Source: Bacilli bacterium (GTDB lineage Bacteria > Bacillota_I > Bacilli_A > RF39 > UBA660). From it: a DNA stretch of 64,000 bases. This document shows, piece by piece, positions 31,913-41,166 of this stretch (position 1 is the stretch's first letter; every line of letters starts with the position of its first letter). The position numbers were made by a program, and so were the translations under genes. Location: the NCBI GenBank assembly GCA_028706395.1, contig JAQWBL010000002.1:3390-67389 (forward strand). Reading direction: 5' to 3'. A model generated the notes under the pieces. The model was given only the letters and a program-made list of their open reading frames with translations. It searched no databases and was not told the origin of the DNA.

Positions 31913-32702
31913 GGTTGTGGGCGTAACGCTAAAAGACAGAGGAAAAGTTTACTACTTTTTACCAAATAATCTTGAATTAAAAAAGAATGATGAAGTAATT
32001 GTTGAAACAGAACGAGGACTACAGTATGGTAAAGTAGCAACTGATTTTTTTGAAATTGAAGAATCTAAAATAAAAACACCTTTAAATGTAGTTGTGAGAA
32101 TTTCATCATCAAGTGATTCTTTTAAACATAAAAAAAATGTTGATGAAGCTCGTGATGCTATAAACGTTTGTAAAAAATTAGTTGAAAAGAATGGACTTAA
32201 GATGAAAGTAATCGATGCTAATTTTACTTTTGATCGCAATCAACTACAATTTTATTTTTTGGCTGATGCTAGAGTGGATTTTAGAAATTTAGCAAAAGAA
32301 TTAGCAAATATTTATAAAACCAGAATTGAATTACGACAAATTGGAATTAGAGATAAAGCCAAAGAAATTGGTGGTTTAGGACAATGTGGTAGGAATTTAT
32401 GCTGCTCTCAATTTTTAAATAGTTTAGATAATGTAACTATTAACATGGCTAAAAATCAAAATTTATCACTAAATCCTACTAAGATAAATGGATCTTGTGG
32501 TAGATTGTTATGTTGTTTAAAATATGAAGATGAAACTTATGGCGAATGCCGTAAATGTTTACCAACTGTTGGTCAAAAGGTAAAAACTGATAGTGGGGAA
32601 GGAATTGTTATTTCTTTGGAAATATTAAAAGGAATTTATAAAGTAAATGTTCCGGGTGTTGGAGTAGTAGAAGTGGAAAAAACTAAAAATGGATGTTGTT
32701 AA
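31905..32702 (+). CDS. ricT: PSP1-domain protein RicT/YaaT
   Basis: PSP1 domain plus Cys cluster (GQCGRNLCC, GSCGRLLCCLKYE). GTG at 31905 lies 6 nt after GGAGGTG. Confidence 0.85.
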   Translation: MIKVVGVTLKDRGKVYYFLPNNLELKKNDEVIVETERGLQYGKVATDFFEIEESKIKTPLNVVVRISSSSDSFKHKKNVDEARDAINVCKKLVEKNGLKMKVIDANFTFDRNQLQFYFLADARVDFRNLAKELANIYKTRIELRQIGIRDKAKEIGGLGQCGRNLCCSQFLNSLDNVTINMAKNQNLSLNPTKINGSCGRLLCCLKYEDETYGECRKCLPTVGQKVKTDSGEGIVISLEILKGIYKVNVPGVGVVEVEKTKNGCC

Positions 32703-33408
32703 TTATTTATTAGGATATAAAAATCTTAAAATTTATCAAAACTCCTCGATGTTTAATTTTTCATTAGACTCTGTTTTATTACCAAACTTTGTAACATTAA
32801 ATGCAAGAGCAAAGAAAATATTGGATATTGGATGTGGAAATGCTCCAATATCTATAATTTTAACTACAAAAACTAAAGCCCATATAACAGGTGTTGAAAT
32901 TCAGCCAAAAGTATTTTCATTAGCTCAAAAATCCGTTAATATAAATAATTTAGATGATCAAATAACTTTGATCAATGATGATATAAATAATCTATACTTA
33001 GAATTAGAAAGTGATTCATTTGATGTAATAGTTTGCAATCCCCCGTTTTTTAAAGTCAACCCCGATTCAAGGTTGAATGAGAGTGAATATAAAACAATTG
33101 CTCGTCATGAAGTGTCGCTTGATGTTGAAAAAATAATGAAAATAAGCAAGAAACTATTAAAAAACAATGGTGTTGTAGCTATTGTCCATCGTCCAGAAAG
33201 ATTAATATCTATTATTGATATTATGAAAAAAAACAATATCGAACCTAAAAAAATTCAATTTGTTTATCCTAAAATTAATAGCAATTCAAATATTTTATTA
33301 ATAGAAGGAAGCAAAAATGGTAAAGAAGGTCTAAAGGTATTGCCCCCAATTTATACACATGAAGAAAATGGAGACTATACAGAAGCAATCAAAAAATATT
33401 TTGAATAG
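32689..33408 (+). CDS. SAM-dependent N6-adenine methyltransferase (YabB/TrmN6-like)
   Basis: SAM motif DIGCGNA and catalytic NPPFF; synteny with B. subtilis yabB. Confidence 0.75.
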   Translation: MDVVNYLLGYKNLKIYQNSSMFNFSLDSVLLPNFVTLNARAKKILDIGCGNAPISIILTTKTKAHITGVEIQPKVFSLAQKSVNINNLDDQITLINDDINNLYLELESDSFDVIVCNPPFFKVNPDSRLNESEYKTIARHEVSLDVEKIMKISKKLLKNNGVVAIVHRPERLISIIDIMKKNNIEPKKIQFVYPKINSNSNILLIEGSKNGKEGLKVLPPIYTHEENGDYTEAIKKYFE

Positions 33409-33417
33409 AGGGATAGG

Positions 33418-34257
33418 ATGTCGCAAAAAAGTTATGATAATAGTCCGTCGTTATATTTAATACCAACTCCAATTGGTAATTTAGATGATATAACGCTCAG
33501 AACTATAAAAACATTAGAACAAGTTGAAGTTATATTTGCGGAAGATACAAGAGTTACTGCAAACTTACTAAAACATCTAAACATTAGTAAAAAGTTAATA
33601 TCTAATCATAATTATAATGAAACTGATAATCATGATAAATTGTTAGAATATTTAAAAAATGGAAAAGATGTAGGAATAGTTACTGATAGGGGAACTCCGG
33701 TAATTAGTGATCCAGGATATGAATTAGTAAAAGTAGCAATAGAAAATAATTATAATGTAATTGCCTTACCGGGACCAACAGCGTTGATTCCGGCTTTAAT
33801 CGTTTCTGGTTTAGAACCATCACCATTTTTATTTTATGGTTTTTTAAATAACAAGGAAGAAAAACGAAAGAAAGAACTAGAAAATTTAAAAAAGTTAGAT
33901 TTTACAATAATTTTCTACGAATCCCCACATCGTGTAGAAAAAACACTTAACAATATGTTGCAAGTATTAGGCGACCGTAAGATAAGTATTTCGCGGGAAA
34001 TAAGTAAAAAATTTGAAGAAGTATATCGCGGAAAAATAAGTACAATAATTAATGATGTTAGTAATGTAAAAGGTGAGTTAGTTCTAGTTCTAGAAAAAAA
34101 CAAAGAAGAGAATAATTATGATAATTTGACAATAGTCGAACATGTTAATTTATATATTAAAGAAGGATATGATGTTAAAGAATCAATAAAAAAAACTTCA
34201 CAAGATCGTCAAATTAGTAAAAATGAAGTGTATAAAATTTATCACAATATTAATTAA
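33418..34257 (+). CDS. rsmI: 16S rRNA (cytidine1402-2'-O)-methyltransferase
   Basis: Tetrapyrrole-methylase-fold N-terminus LYLIPTPIGNL.DIT.R; ESPHR motif. Confidence 0.9.
   Translation: MSQKSYDNSPSLYLIPTPIGNLDDITLRTIKTLEQVEVIFAEDTRVTANLLKHLNISKKLISNHNYNETDNHDKLLEYLKNGKDVGIVTDRGTPVISDPGYELVKVAIENNYNVIALPGPTALIPALIVSGLEPSPFLFYGFLNNKEEKRKKELENLKKLDFTIIFYESPHRVEKTLNNMLQVLGDRKISISREISKKFEEVYRGKISTIINDVSNVKGELVLVLEKNKEENNYDNLTIVEHVNLYIKEGYDVKESIKKTSQDRQISKNEVYKIYHNIN
33988..34001. other. NBS-like site with one mismatch (ATTTCGCGGGAAAT)
   Basis: 13/14 match to the NBS consensus, inside rsmI. Confidence 0.4.
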
Positions 34258-34269
34258 GGAGGTAAGAAT

Positions 34270-34836
34270 ATGAAGTTAATTGTAGGACTTGGTAATCCAG
34301 GTAGGGAATATGAAAAAACAAGGCATAATGCTGGTTTTATAATGGTTGATGCTTTAGCAAAAGAACACGGAATATCAATTGATAAAGAAAAATTTAAGGG
34401 ATTATATGGTGAATTTAATCATAATGGCGAAAAAATTATGTTATTGAAACCAATGAAATATATTAATTTATCAGGGGAAGTTATTAGAGACTTCATTGGT
34501 TACTTTAAAATTGATATAGATGATGTTTTTATAATTTGTGATGATATGAGTTTTTCTGTCGGCGAATTCAAGTTAAAATATAAAGGAAGTTCTGGGGGTC
34601 ATAACGGATTAAAAAATATTGAATTACATTTAAATACTTCTGAATATAAAAGAATGAAAATTGGTATTTCAAAGGATAATCTAATTGATACTCGGGATTA
34701 TGTGCTTGGAAAATTTTCAGTTGAAGATATGCAAAAGTTAGAAGAAATAATTAATATTTTTCCCAAAATAATTGAAGACTTCTTGGAACTATCTTTTAAT
34801 AACTTAATGAATAAATATAATAAAAAACAAAAATAA
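34270..34836 (+). CDS. pth: Peptidyl-tRNA hydrolase
   Basis: LIVGLGNPG..Y..TRHN N-terminus and GGHNGLK motif. Confidence 0.95.
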   Translation: MKLIVGLGNPGREYEKTRHNAGFIMVDALAKEHGISIDKEKFKGLYGEFNHNGEKIMLLKPMKYINLSGEVIRDFIGYFKIDIDDVFIICDDMSFSVGEFKLKYKGSSGGHNGLKNIELHLNTSEYKRMKIGISKDNLIDTRDYVLGKFSVEDMQKLEEIINIFPKIIEDFLELSFNNLMNKYNKKQK

Positions 34837-34848
34837 TGGTGGGATTAT

Positions 34849-37800
34849 ATGAATAAAATACTAACAATTGATCCAAAAACAGAAATAGTAATCGGTTTAA
34901 ATAAGGAATTAAAATGTATATATGTATATAATAGATTTGTTGAATTAAACGAATCTGTTGTTTTTTTAGTTAATTCTTTATACGAAGCCACAACTATGTA
35001 TCAAACATTGCTTAATTATACAAAAGAAGTATTACTGTTTCCTATGGATGATTTTTTAACAAGTGAAGCAGTTGCATTAAGTCCGGAATTAAAAAATACA
35101 AGATTAGAAACAATTCAATCTATAATAGACAACGATAAAAAGATTGTTGTAACAAATTTAATGGGATATTTAAGGTTTTTGCCACCAAAACAACTTTTTC
35201 TTGATAATAAATTAAAAATAGAAGTAAATAAAGAATATAAAATATCTGATATTGTAAAAATATGTAACAAAATAGGATATAAAAGGGAGACACTAGTAAA
35301 TAAAACAGGTGAAATGGCTGTTCGAGGATTTATTTTAGATATTTTTCCTATTAATGAAGCAAATCCTATTCGAATTGAATTTTGGGGCGACTCAGTTGAA
35401 TCAATTCGACTTTTTGATGTTGATACCCAAAAAACAATTCGAGAAATAAACGAAATTAAAATTTATCCCAATACTGAATTTATTATAAATGATGAAATCG
35501 ATATTGATTATGTAACTCAAAAGGATCTTCTTAAGTATATAACACCAGTTAATATAACTAGTTATTTAAATAATCCAAAGGTTATAATCAATAATTATAA
35601 TGAGATAGAAGTTGGGTATAAATTATTACAAGATGAAATCTTTAATTATCAAAAAAATAATGAATTAAAAAACTTAGCTTATATGCATGATCTATATGAA
35701 TTAAAAAGTGACGTAATTCACCTAACAGATTTTGATAATAATATTGAACAATTAAAATACAAATTAATATATAATTCTAAAGATGTTGAACCATTTGGTA
35801 ATACTCCAGAGTTAATTAATAGTCGATTAAATAAATATTTAATGACTAAAGGAAAAGTTATAGTTTGTTTACCTGATAGATATGCAATAAATAAATTAAT
35901 TGATGAATTAGAAAATAAAAATTTAGTTTTTTCTTCACTTGAAGAAATAATAGACGGAAAAATAAATTTAATTATCAAAAAAATAAATCATGGATTTGAA
36001 TTACCGAATCTGATTGTTATAAGTGATAATGAAATATTTAATAAAAAAAGTATTAATCAAAAATATAAATCCAAATTTAAAATTGGGACTCAAATTAGAG
36101 ATATTAAAAAAATTAATGTAGGAGATTATATTGTTCATGAAATTCATGGTATTGGTCAGTACTGTGGAATGACGAAAGTTAAAAAAAATGGTTTTGATAA
36201 GGATTATCTTTTAATTCAATATCGCGGAAAAGATAAATTATATGTTCCAGTTGAAAAAATTGAAAATATAAAAAAATACTCTTCAAGTGGTAATGGAGTT
36301 CCTAAACTCAATAAATTAGGTAGTATTGAATGGGCAAAAACAAAATTACGTGTTAAACAAAAAATTGAAAACATAGCAGCTTCTTTATTAAAATTATATG
36401 CTGAACGCGAATCATCAAAAGGTTTTGCATTTGATGAAGATGGAATCGAGCAATTAGAATTTGAAAAGGAATTTAAATTTACTGATACTGTTGACCAAAC
36501 TAAAGTAACAGAAGAGATTAAATTAGATATGGAAAAACCGATACCAATGGATCGATTATTGTGTGGTGATGTTGGGTTTGGAAAAACAGAAGTTGCTTTT
36601 AGGGCTATGTTTAAAGCAGTATTATCTGGTAAGCAAGTTGCCTTTTTATGTCCCACCACAATCCTATCGAATCAACATTATAATAATGCGTTAGATAGAT
36701 TTAAATCATTTGCAGTTAATATTGTTTTGTTAAATAGATTTGTCACACCATCTGAAACTAAAAAGATTATTAAAGATATTAAAGGCGGAAAGGTCGATAT
36801 TGTAATTGGTACACATAGGATTTTAAGTGATGATGTTATCTTTAATGATCTAGGACTGTTAGTTGTGGATGAAGAACAGAGATTTGGTGTTAAGCATAAA
36901 GAAAAAATTAAAAAATATAAAACTAATATTGATGTTTTAACATTGACTGCAACCCCAATTCCAAGAACATTACAAATGACTTTTACTGGTATTAGGAGTT
37001 TGTCATTAATTCAAACACCTCCAATTAATCGTTACCCAGTCCAAACATATGTCATGGCTTATAACAATTTATTAATTAAAGATGCAATCTACAAAGAAAA
37101 ATCTCGTAATGGACAAGTATTTATTTTATATAATAATATTCAAAATATGGCTTTAAAGGAAGCCGAATTAAGAAAATTATTACCTGATATAAGAATTGTT
37201 TCAGCACATGGACAAATGTCTAAGAGAGAACTTGAAAAAGTAATGTTGGATTTTTATAATCACGAATATGATGTATTACTATGCACAACCATCATTGAAA
37301 CAGGAATTGATATACCAAGAGTAAATACCCTAATTATTGTTGATGCTGATCGTTTTGGATTATCACAGTTATATCAAATTAGAGGACGTGTAGGTCGCAG
37401 TGATAAAATTGCATATTGTTATTTAATGTATGATAACAAAAAAATATTATCTGAAATTGCAACCAAAAGATTAACTGTTATTAAGGATTTTACAGAACTT
37501 GGTAGTGGTTTTTCAATTGCAATGCGTGATTTATCAATTAGAGGCGCTGGTGATATTTTAGGTAGTGAACAGGCCGGGTTTATTGATACGGTTGGTATCG
37601 AAATGTTTTTAAATATGCTCAATAATGAAATAAGAAAATTAAAAGGTGAAATTATTGAAGAACCGGTTGATGATGAAGTACTACCATTAATTGAAGTGGA
37701 TACAACAATTAGTGATGATTATATTTTTGAAGAAGAATTAAAGATTGAGGTCCATTCTAAAATTAATACAATTGATTCACGACAAAGATTAGAAGAAGTG

Positions 37801-38139
37801 AAAGCGGAGATTGAAGATCGTTTTGGTCCTGTAGACACAAAGTTGTTAGTTTATATGTATGAAGAATTATTTGAAAAAATGGCCCGCAAAATGTATATTA
37901 ATAGAGTTAAACAAACTAAGAATTTTCTTGAACTTGAGCTTCCTGAAGAACTTGTTGAAAAAATTAATATTCAAAATTTATTTATTGAAGTTAGTAAAAT
38001 ATCTAAAATGTTCCGTTTTGGAATAAAAAAGAAAAGGTTGTTAATAACCCTTGATACATTAAATTTAGATAAACATTTTATCTATTATCTAATAGAATTA
38101 TTAGAACTAATAAAAAGAGATTATATCGATAAGATATAA
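34849..38139 (+). CDS. mfd: Transcription-repair coupling factor
   Basis: 1096 aa. CarD-like domain (GDYIVHEIHGIG); SF2 helicase GDVGFGKTEVA, DEEQRFG; TRG-like region. Confidence 0.96.
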   Translation: MNKILTIDPKTEIVIGLNKELKCIYVYNRFVELNESVVFLVNSLYEATTMYQTLLNYTKEVLLFPMDDFLTSEAVALSPELKNTRLETIQSIIDNDKKIVVTNLMGYLRFLPPKQLFLDNKLKIEVNKEYKISDIVKICNKIGYKRETLVNKTGEMAVRGFILDIFPINEANPIRIEFWGDSVESIRLFDVDTQKTIREINEIKIYPNTEFIINDEIDIDYVTQKDLLKYITPVNITSYLNNPKVIINNYNEIEVGYKLLQDEIFNYQKNNELKNLAYMHDLYELKSDVIHLTDFDNNIEQLKYKLIYNSKDVEPFGNTPELINSRLNKYLMTKGKVIVCLPDRYAINKLIDELENKNLVFSSLEEIIDGKINLIIKKINHGFELPNLIVISDNEIFNKKSINQKYKSKFKIGTQIRDIKKINVGDYIVHEIHGIGQYCGMTKVKKNGFDKDYLLIQYRGKDKLYVPVEKIENIKKYSSSGNGVPKLNKLGSIEWAKTKLRVKQKIENIAASLLKLYAERESSKGFAFDEDGIEQLEFEKEFKFTDTVDQTKVTEEIKLDMEKPIPMDRLLCGDVGFGKTEVAFRAMFKAVLSGKQVAFLCPTTILSNQHYNNALDRFKSFAVNIVLLNRFVTPSETKKIIKDIKGGKVDIVIGTHRILSDDVIFNDLGLLVVDEEQRFGVKHKEKIKKYKTNIDVLTLTATPIPRTLQMTFTGIRSLSLIQTPPINRYPVQTYVMAYNNLLIKDAIYKEKSRNGQVFILYNNIQNMALKEAELRKLLPDIRIVSAHGQMSKRELEKVMLDFYNHEYDVLLCTTIIETGIDIPRVNTLIIVDADRFGLSQLYQIRGRVGRSDKIAYCYLMYDNKKILSEIATKRLTVIKDFTELGSGFSIAMRDLSIRGAGDILGSEQAGFIDTVGIEMFLNMLNNEIRKLKGEIIEEPVDDEVLPLIEVDTTISDDYIFEEELKIEVHSKINTIDSRQRLEEVKAEIEDRFGPVDTKLLVYMYEELFEKMARKMYINRVKQTKNFLELELPEELVEKINIQNLFIEVSKISKMFRFGIKKKRLLITLDTLNLDKHFIYYLIELLELIKRDYIDKI

Positions 38140-38142
38140 TCT

Positions 38143-39765
38143 TTATTTTGATTTTATAAAATTCATAATACTTGGAACAATTTGTTTCTTACGAGATAAA
38201 CAATCTTTTATAAATGACCATTGTTCTAAATTTGTTACTTTTAGGGATTCACCAAGTAAATATTTTGAATCTTCACTATACAAAACATAAGATCCTTGAT
38301 TCAATATATCGGTTATGAAGATAGCAAAAATATCATATTTTCCATCTTTTGAAGATTTTTCAATTATTGATAAATAATCTTCAATACTATCTTTAATAAC
38401 AGTTGGATTTGTTGAAAAAATTTGTCCAATTCCAACTTGATAATCTTTAACAGAAAACTTTTTAAAATCACTAAAAATAATTTCTTCTTTAGTTTTCCCA
38501 TCTAATGAAGATGCTGCGTCAAACATTTTTTTAGCAAATTCATTAATATCTATTTTTGTAAGTATTGCCAATTCATTTAGCACATTAACATCTAACTGTG
38601 TTGTTGTTGGCGATTTCAACAATAGTGTATCAGAAATAATTCCTGCTAGCATTAAACCAGCAATGCTTTTATCTATTTCAATATTATTCTCTTTGTATAA
38701 AAGATACACAATTGTGTTGGTGCTCCCCACAGGCATATTTCTAAAATTAATTGGTAGTGTTGTTCCAATAGATCCAATCTTGTGATGGTCTACAATTTCT
38801 AAAATTTCTGCTTGGTCTAGTCCTAAAGCACTTTGTTGTTCTTCGTTATGATCAACTAAAATAACTTTTTTTCTATTTTTTTCTGATAGATCAGAAATAT
38901 GAATAAGCCCCAAACATTGTCTTTGTTGATTGATAACAGGATAGTTACTATATTTAGTCTTAGTTGCAATTTCTTCAAAATCATCAACTGTGTCTAATTC
39001 ATTAAAATAAACAATATTAGTTTTATTACTAATGATATGAACATAATTACATAAGCTAATCATTCTAGTAACTTGAAAAGTATCATACGGAGTTCGAATA
39101 ATGTTTACTCCATTTTTTTTCGCCATTTCTAGATGTTCATTTAAAATAATTGAATTTTTTGAAAGAATAATTAATTTTGCCATATTGGTAATTGCATATT
39201 CGTGAATACTATGACGATCCCCCATAATAAGTACTGAATTATTGTCAATTTTGATTTTGTTTATAAAGGTTGTACTTCTATATGATGGAACAATAATTTT
39301 TCCATTAATTTCATCATCAAATCTAGTTACTTCTTCTCCATCTAAAGCTTCGATAATATTATCATAAGAAGTATACAATTTATATATGTCTCCTTTAATA
39401 TGATCCCTTGCAATATCTTTCATTGAAATTATTCCCACCAATTTTTTGTTTTCATCAATTATTGGTAAATTACTAATTGAGTTATTGCTCATGTAATTAT
39501 AAGCTGTATAAATTGACTCATGCATATTTAAAAAATAATTTTTTTGATATTCTAAATTTTTGATTTGTAGTTTAACATCATTTAAATACTCTGGTTGCGG
39601 AAAACCAAAATAATCAAGTACGAATTTTGTTTCGGAATTAATATCTCCAAGGACTCTCGGAGAAGCATTCATTCCTTGCTTAATTTTTAACTCAGCAAGC
39701 GCAATGGCAGATGTTACACTATCAGTATCTGGCACTTTGTGCCCAAACACATAAACTTTATCCAT
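38143..39765 (-). CDS. CBS-domain-containing family II inorganic pyrophosphatase (DHH-CBS-DHHA2)
   Basis: N-terminal VFGHKVPDTDSV DHH motif, CBS pair insert, DHH (VDHNE), C-terminal DHHA2. Confidence 0.8.
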   Translation of the reverse strand: MDKVYVFGHKVPDTDSVTSAIALAELKIKQGMNASPRVLGDINSETKFVLDYFGFPQPEYLNDVKLQIKNLEYQKNYFLNMHESIYTAYNYMSNNSISNLPIIDENKKLVGIISMKDIARDHIKGDIYKLYTSYDNIIEALDGEEVTRFDDEINGKIIVPSYRSTTFINKIKIDNNSVLIMGDRHSIHEYAITNMAKLIILSKNSIILNEHLEMAKKNGVNIIRTPYDTFQVTRMISLCNYVHIISNKTNIVYFNELDTVDDFEEIATKTKYSNYPVINQQRQCLGLIHISDLSEKNRKKVILVDHNEEQQSALGLDQAEILEIVDHHKIGSIGTTLPINFRNMPVGSTNTIVYLLYKENNIEIDKSIAGLMLAGIISDTLLLKSPTTTQLDVNVLNELAILTKIDINEFAKKMFDAASSLDGKTKEEIIFSDFKKFSVKDYQVGIGQIFSTNPTVIKDSIEDYLSIIEKSSKDGKYDIFAIFITDILNQGSYVLYSEDSKYLLGESLKVTNLEQWSFIKDCLSRKKQIVPSIMNFIKSK

Positions 39766-39873
39766 AATAAAACTCCTTTTTACTAAATATTTTAATTATA
39801 TCATATTTGTCCATAGGCGCAAGTATAAAAACAACATAATTAGACAAAATATTAACTAGAGAGTGAGGTATAT

Positions 39874-40407
39874 ATGAAAAGTATAGGTATTGTTAGAAGA
39901 ATTGACGAAATGGGTAGAATTGTTATTCCAAAAGAAATAAGGAAAACATTACGAATAAATAATAATGATAATATTGAAATTTATATAGAGGGTGAAGATA
40001 AGATAATTCTAAAAAAATATTCGTTAATGAAAAATATAAATGATTTTGCGCAAAAGTTTGTTGATTCAATGCATAGTTTCATAAAAAACAATATTATTAT
40101 AACCGATACTAAAGATATTATAGCTGTTGCTGGACTAAATAAAAAAGATTACTTAAATAAACCAATTAGTGAAAAATTAGAAACTTCGATTATGAGAAGA
40201 GAAAATATATTAGAAAAATATTCTAAGGAATATGAAATAATTAATGGCCAAAAGGAAATAGGAACTTATGCAATTAGTACGATAATTGCAAATGGTGATG
40301 CTATTGGTTTAGTTATTATGACTTCGAATGATGAGGAATTAAATCATACTGATGAAAAAATTGTTAAGATAGCTTCACAGTTTTTAGGAAAATATCTTGA
40401 ACAATAG
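39874..40407 (+). CDS. spoVT: AbrB-family regulator SpoVT
   Basis: SpoVT/AbrB swapped-hairpin N-terminus (GIVRRIDEMGRIVIPKEIRKTLRI) plus a GAF-like C-domain; 177 aa; follows mfd as in B. subtilis. Confidence 0.85.
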   Translation: MKSIGIVRRIDEMGRIVIPKEIRKTLRINNNDNIEIYIEGEDKIILKKYSLMKNINDFAQKFVDSMHSFIKNNIIITDTKDIIAVAGLNKKDYLNKPISEKLETSIMRRENILEKYSKEYEIINGQKEIGTYAISTIIANGDAIGLVIMTSNDEELNHTDEKIVKIASQFLGKYLEQ

Positions 40408-40425
40408 TTTTAAACATGTTATAAT
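40397..40425 (+). promoter_or_regulatory. Sigma-A-type promoter for the T-box leader
   Basis: TTGAAC, 17 nt, TATAAT with TG at the extended -10 position. Confidence 0.7.
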
Positions 40426-40439
40426 TACACTAATTATTG

Positions 40440-40657
40440 TTTAAAGATGTTGAAGGAAATAAAAATACTGTCGTTTCTATAGAGACTTTGCGCACCGGTG
40501 AAAGCAAAGGTAACAATGTATTTTAAATGGTTCTGGAATCGCTTAGTCGATATGTAGGCTAAGCCGTTAGTACGCGTTAATACTTTGAGTGTATAGTTTT
40601 TATAAATTAAGGTGGTACCGCGTCATCACGTCCTTAAACAGGGTGTGATTTTTTTAT
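40440..40657 (+). promoter_or_regulatory. T-box riboswitch leader, Met (AUG) specifier
   Basis: Stem I elements: AGAGA, GGTGAAAG distal region. Specifier loop AA-ATG-G at 40525-40530, F-box CCGTTA, T-box AATTAAGGTGGTACCGCG (40605-40622). Terminator ATCACGTCCT/AGGGTGTGAT plus T7 (40625-40656). Confidence 0.85.
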
Positions 40658-40671
40658 TTAGGAGGAATAAT

Positions 40672-41166
40672 ATGAAAAGATTTTTTGAAAAAATTAGTTT
40701 TAAACAATTTAGTGAAGATATAGCAAATGATAGTAAATTATATGAGGAATATAATTTGCCAAAAAGAAGTACTAAAAATAGTGCTGGTTATGATTTTTGG
40801 TCAATTGAAGATTTTGTAATTAAACCAGGTGAAATTAAAAAAATTCCAACGGGAATAAAAGTTAGTATGGAAAATGATGAAATGCTAATGCTGGTTGTTA
40901 GAAGTAGTATGGGCTTCAAATATAATGTTAGATTATGCAATCAAGTTGGTATTATTGAAAGTGATTATTATAATAATCCATCTAATGAAGGACATATGTG
41001 GATTAAATTACAAAATCATGGTGATAAAGAATATATTATAAAGAAGGGTGATGCTTATTTGCAAGGAATATTCACCAAATTTTTAACTGTTGATAATGAA
41101 AAAAATATAAATGAGGAAAGAACTGGTGGCTTTGGCAGCACCAGTAAAGGTGATAGAAATGAATAA
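40672..41166 (+). CDS. dut: Trimeric dUTPase-family protein (YncF/YosS-like)
   Basis: Motifs SAGYDF, VVRSSMG, GIIESDY, C-terminal RTGGFGSTS. ATG at 40672 after GGAGGA; the tracked ORF start lies inside the T-box. Confidence 0.8.
   Translation: MKRFFEKISFKQFSEDIANDSKLYEEYNLPKRSTKNSAGYDFWSIEDFVIKPGEIKKIPTGIKVSMENDEMLMLVVRSSMGFKYNVRLCNQVGIIESDYYNNPSNEGHMWIKLQNHGDKEYIIKKGDAYLQGIFTKFLTVDNEKNINEERTGGFGSTSKGDRNE

Noticed and set aside
36216-36659. A 147-aa antisense ORF inside mfd. Similar antisense or nested ORFs include 5395-5577, 7143-7337, 7738-7971, 10605-11021, 11464-11652, 13745-13930, 14213-14953, 17020-17577, 20500-21042, 26054-26804, 28575-28787, 30421-30612, 31952-32239, 33915-34103, 35718-35978, 37419-37622, 41273-41458, 44353-44535, 46199-46384, 47696-48073, 49169-49366, 51278-51478, 58632-58817, 61819-62076, 62831-63049 and 63644-63826.
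   Set aside because: All lie within strongly supported genes on the other strand or in another frame. They lack RBSs and have low-complexity, Ser/Ile/Phe/Leu-rich translations, as expected from AT-rich antisense frames.
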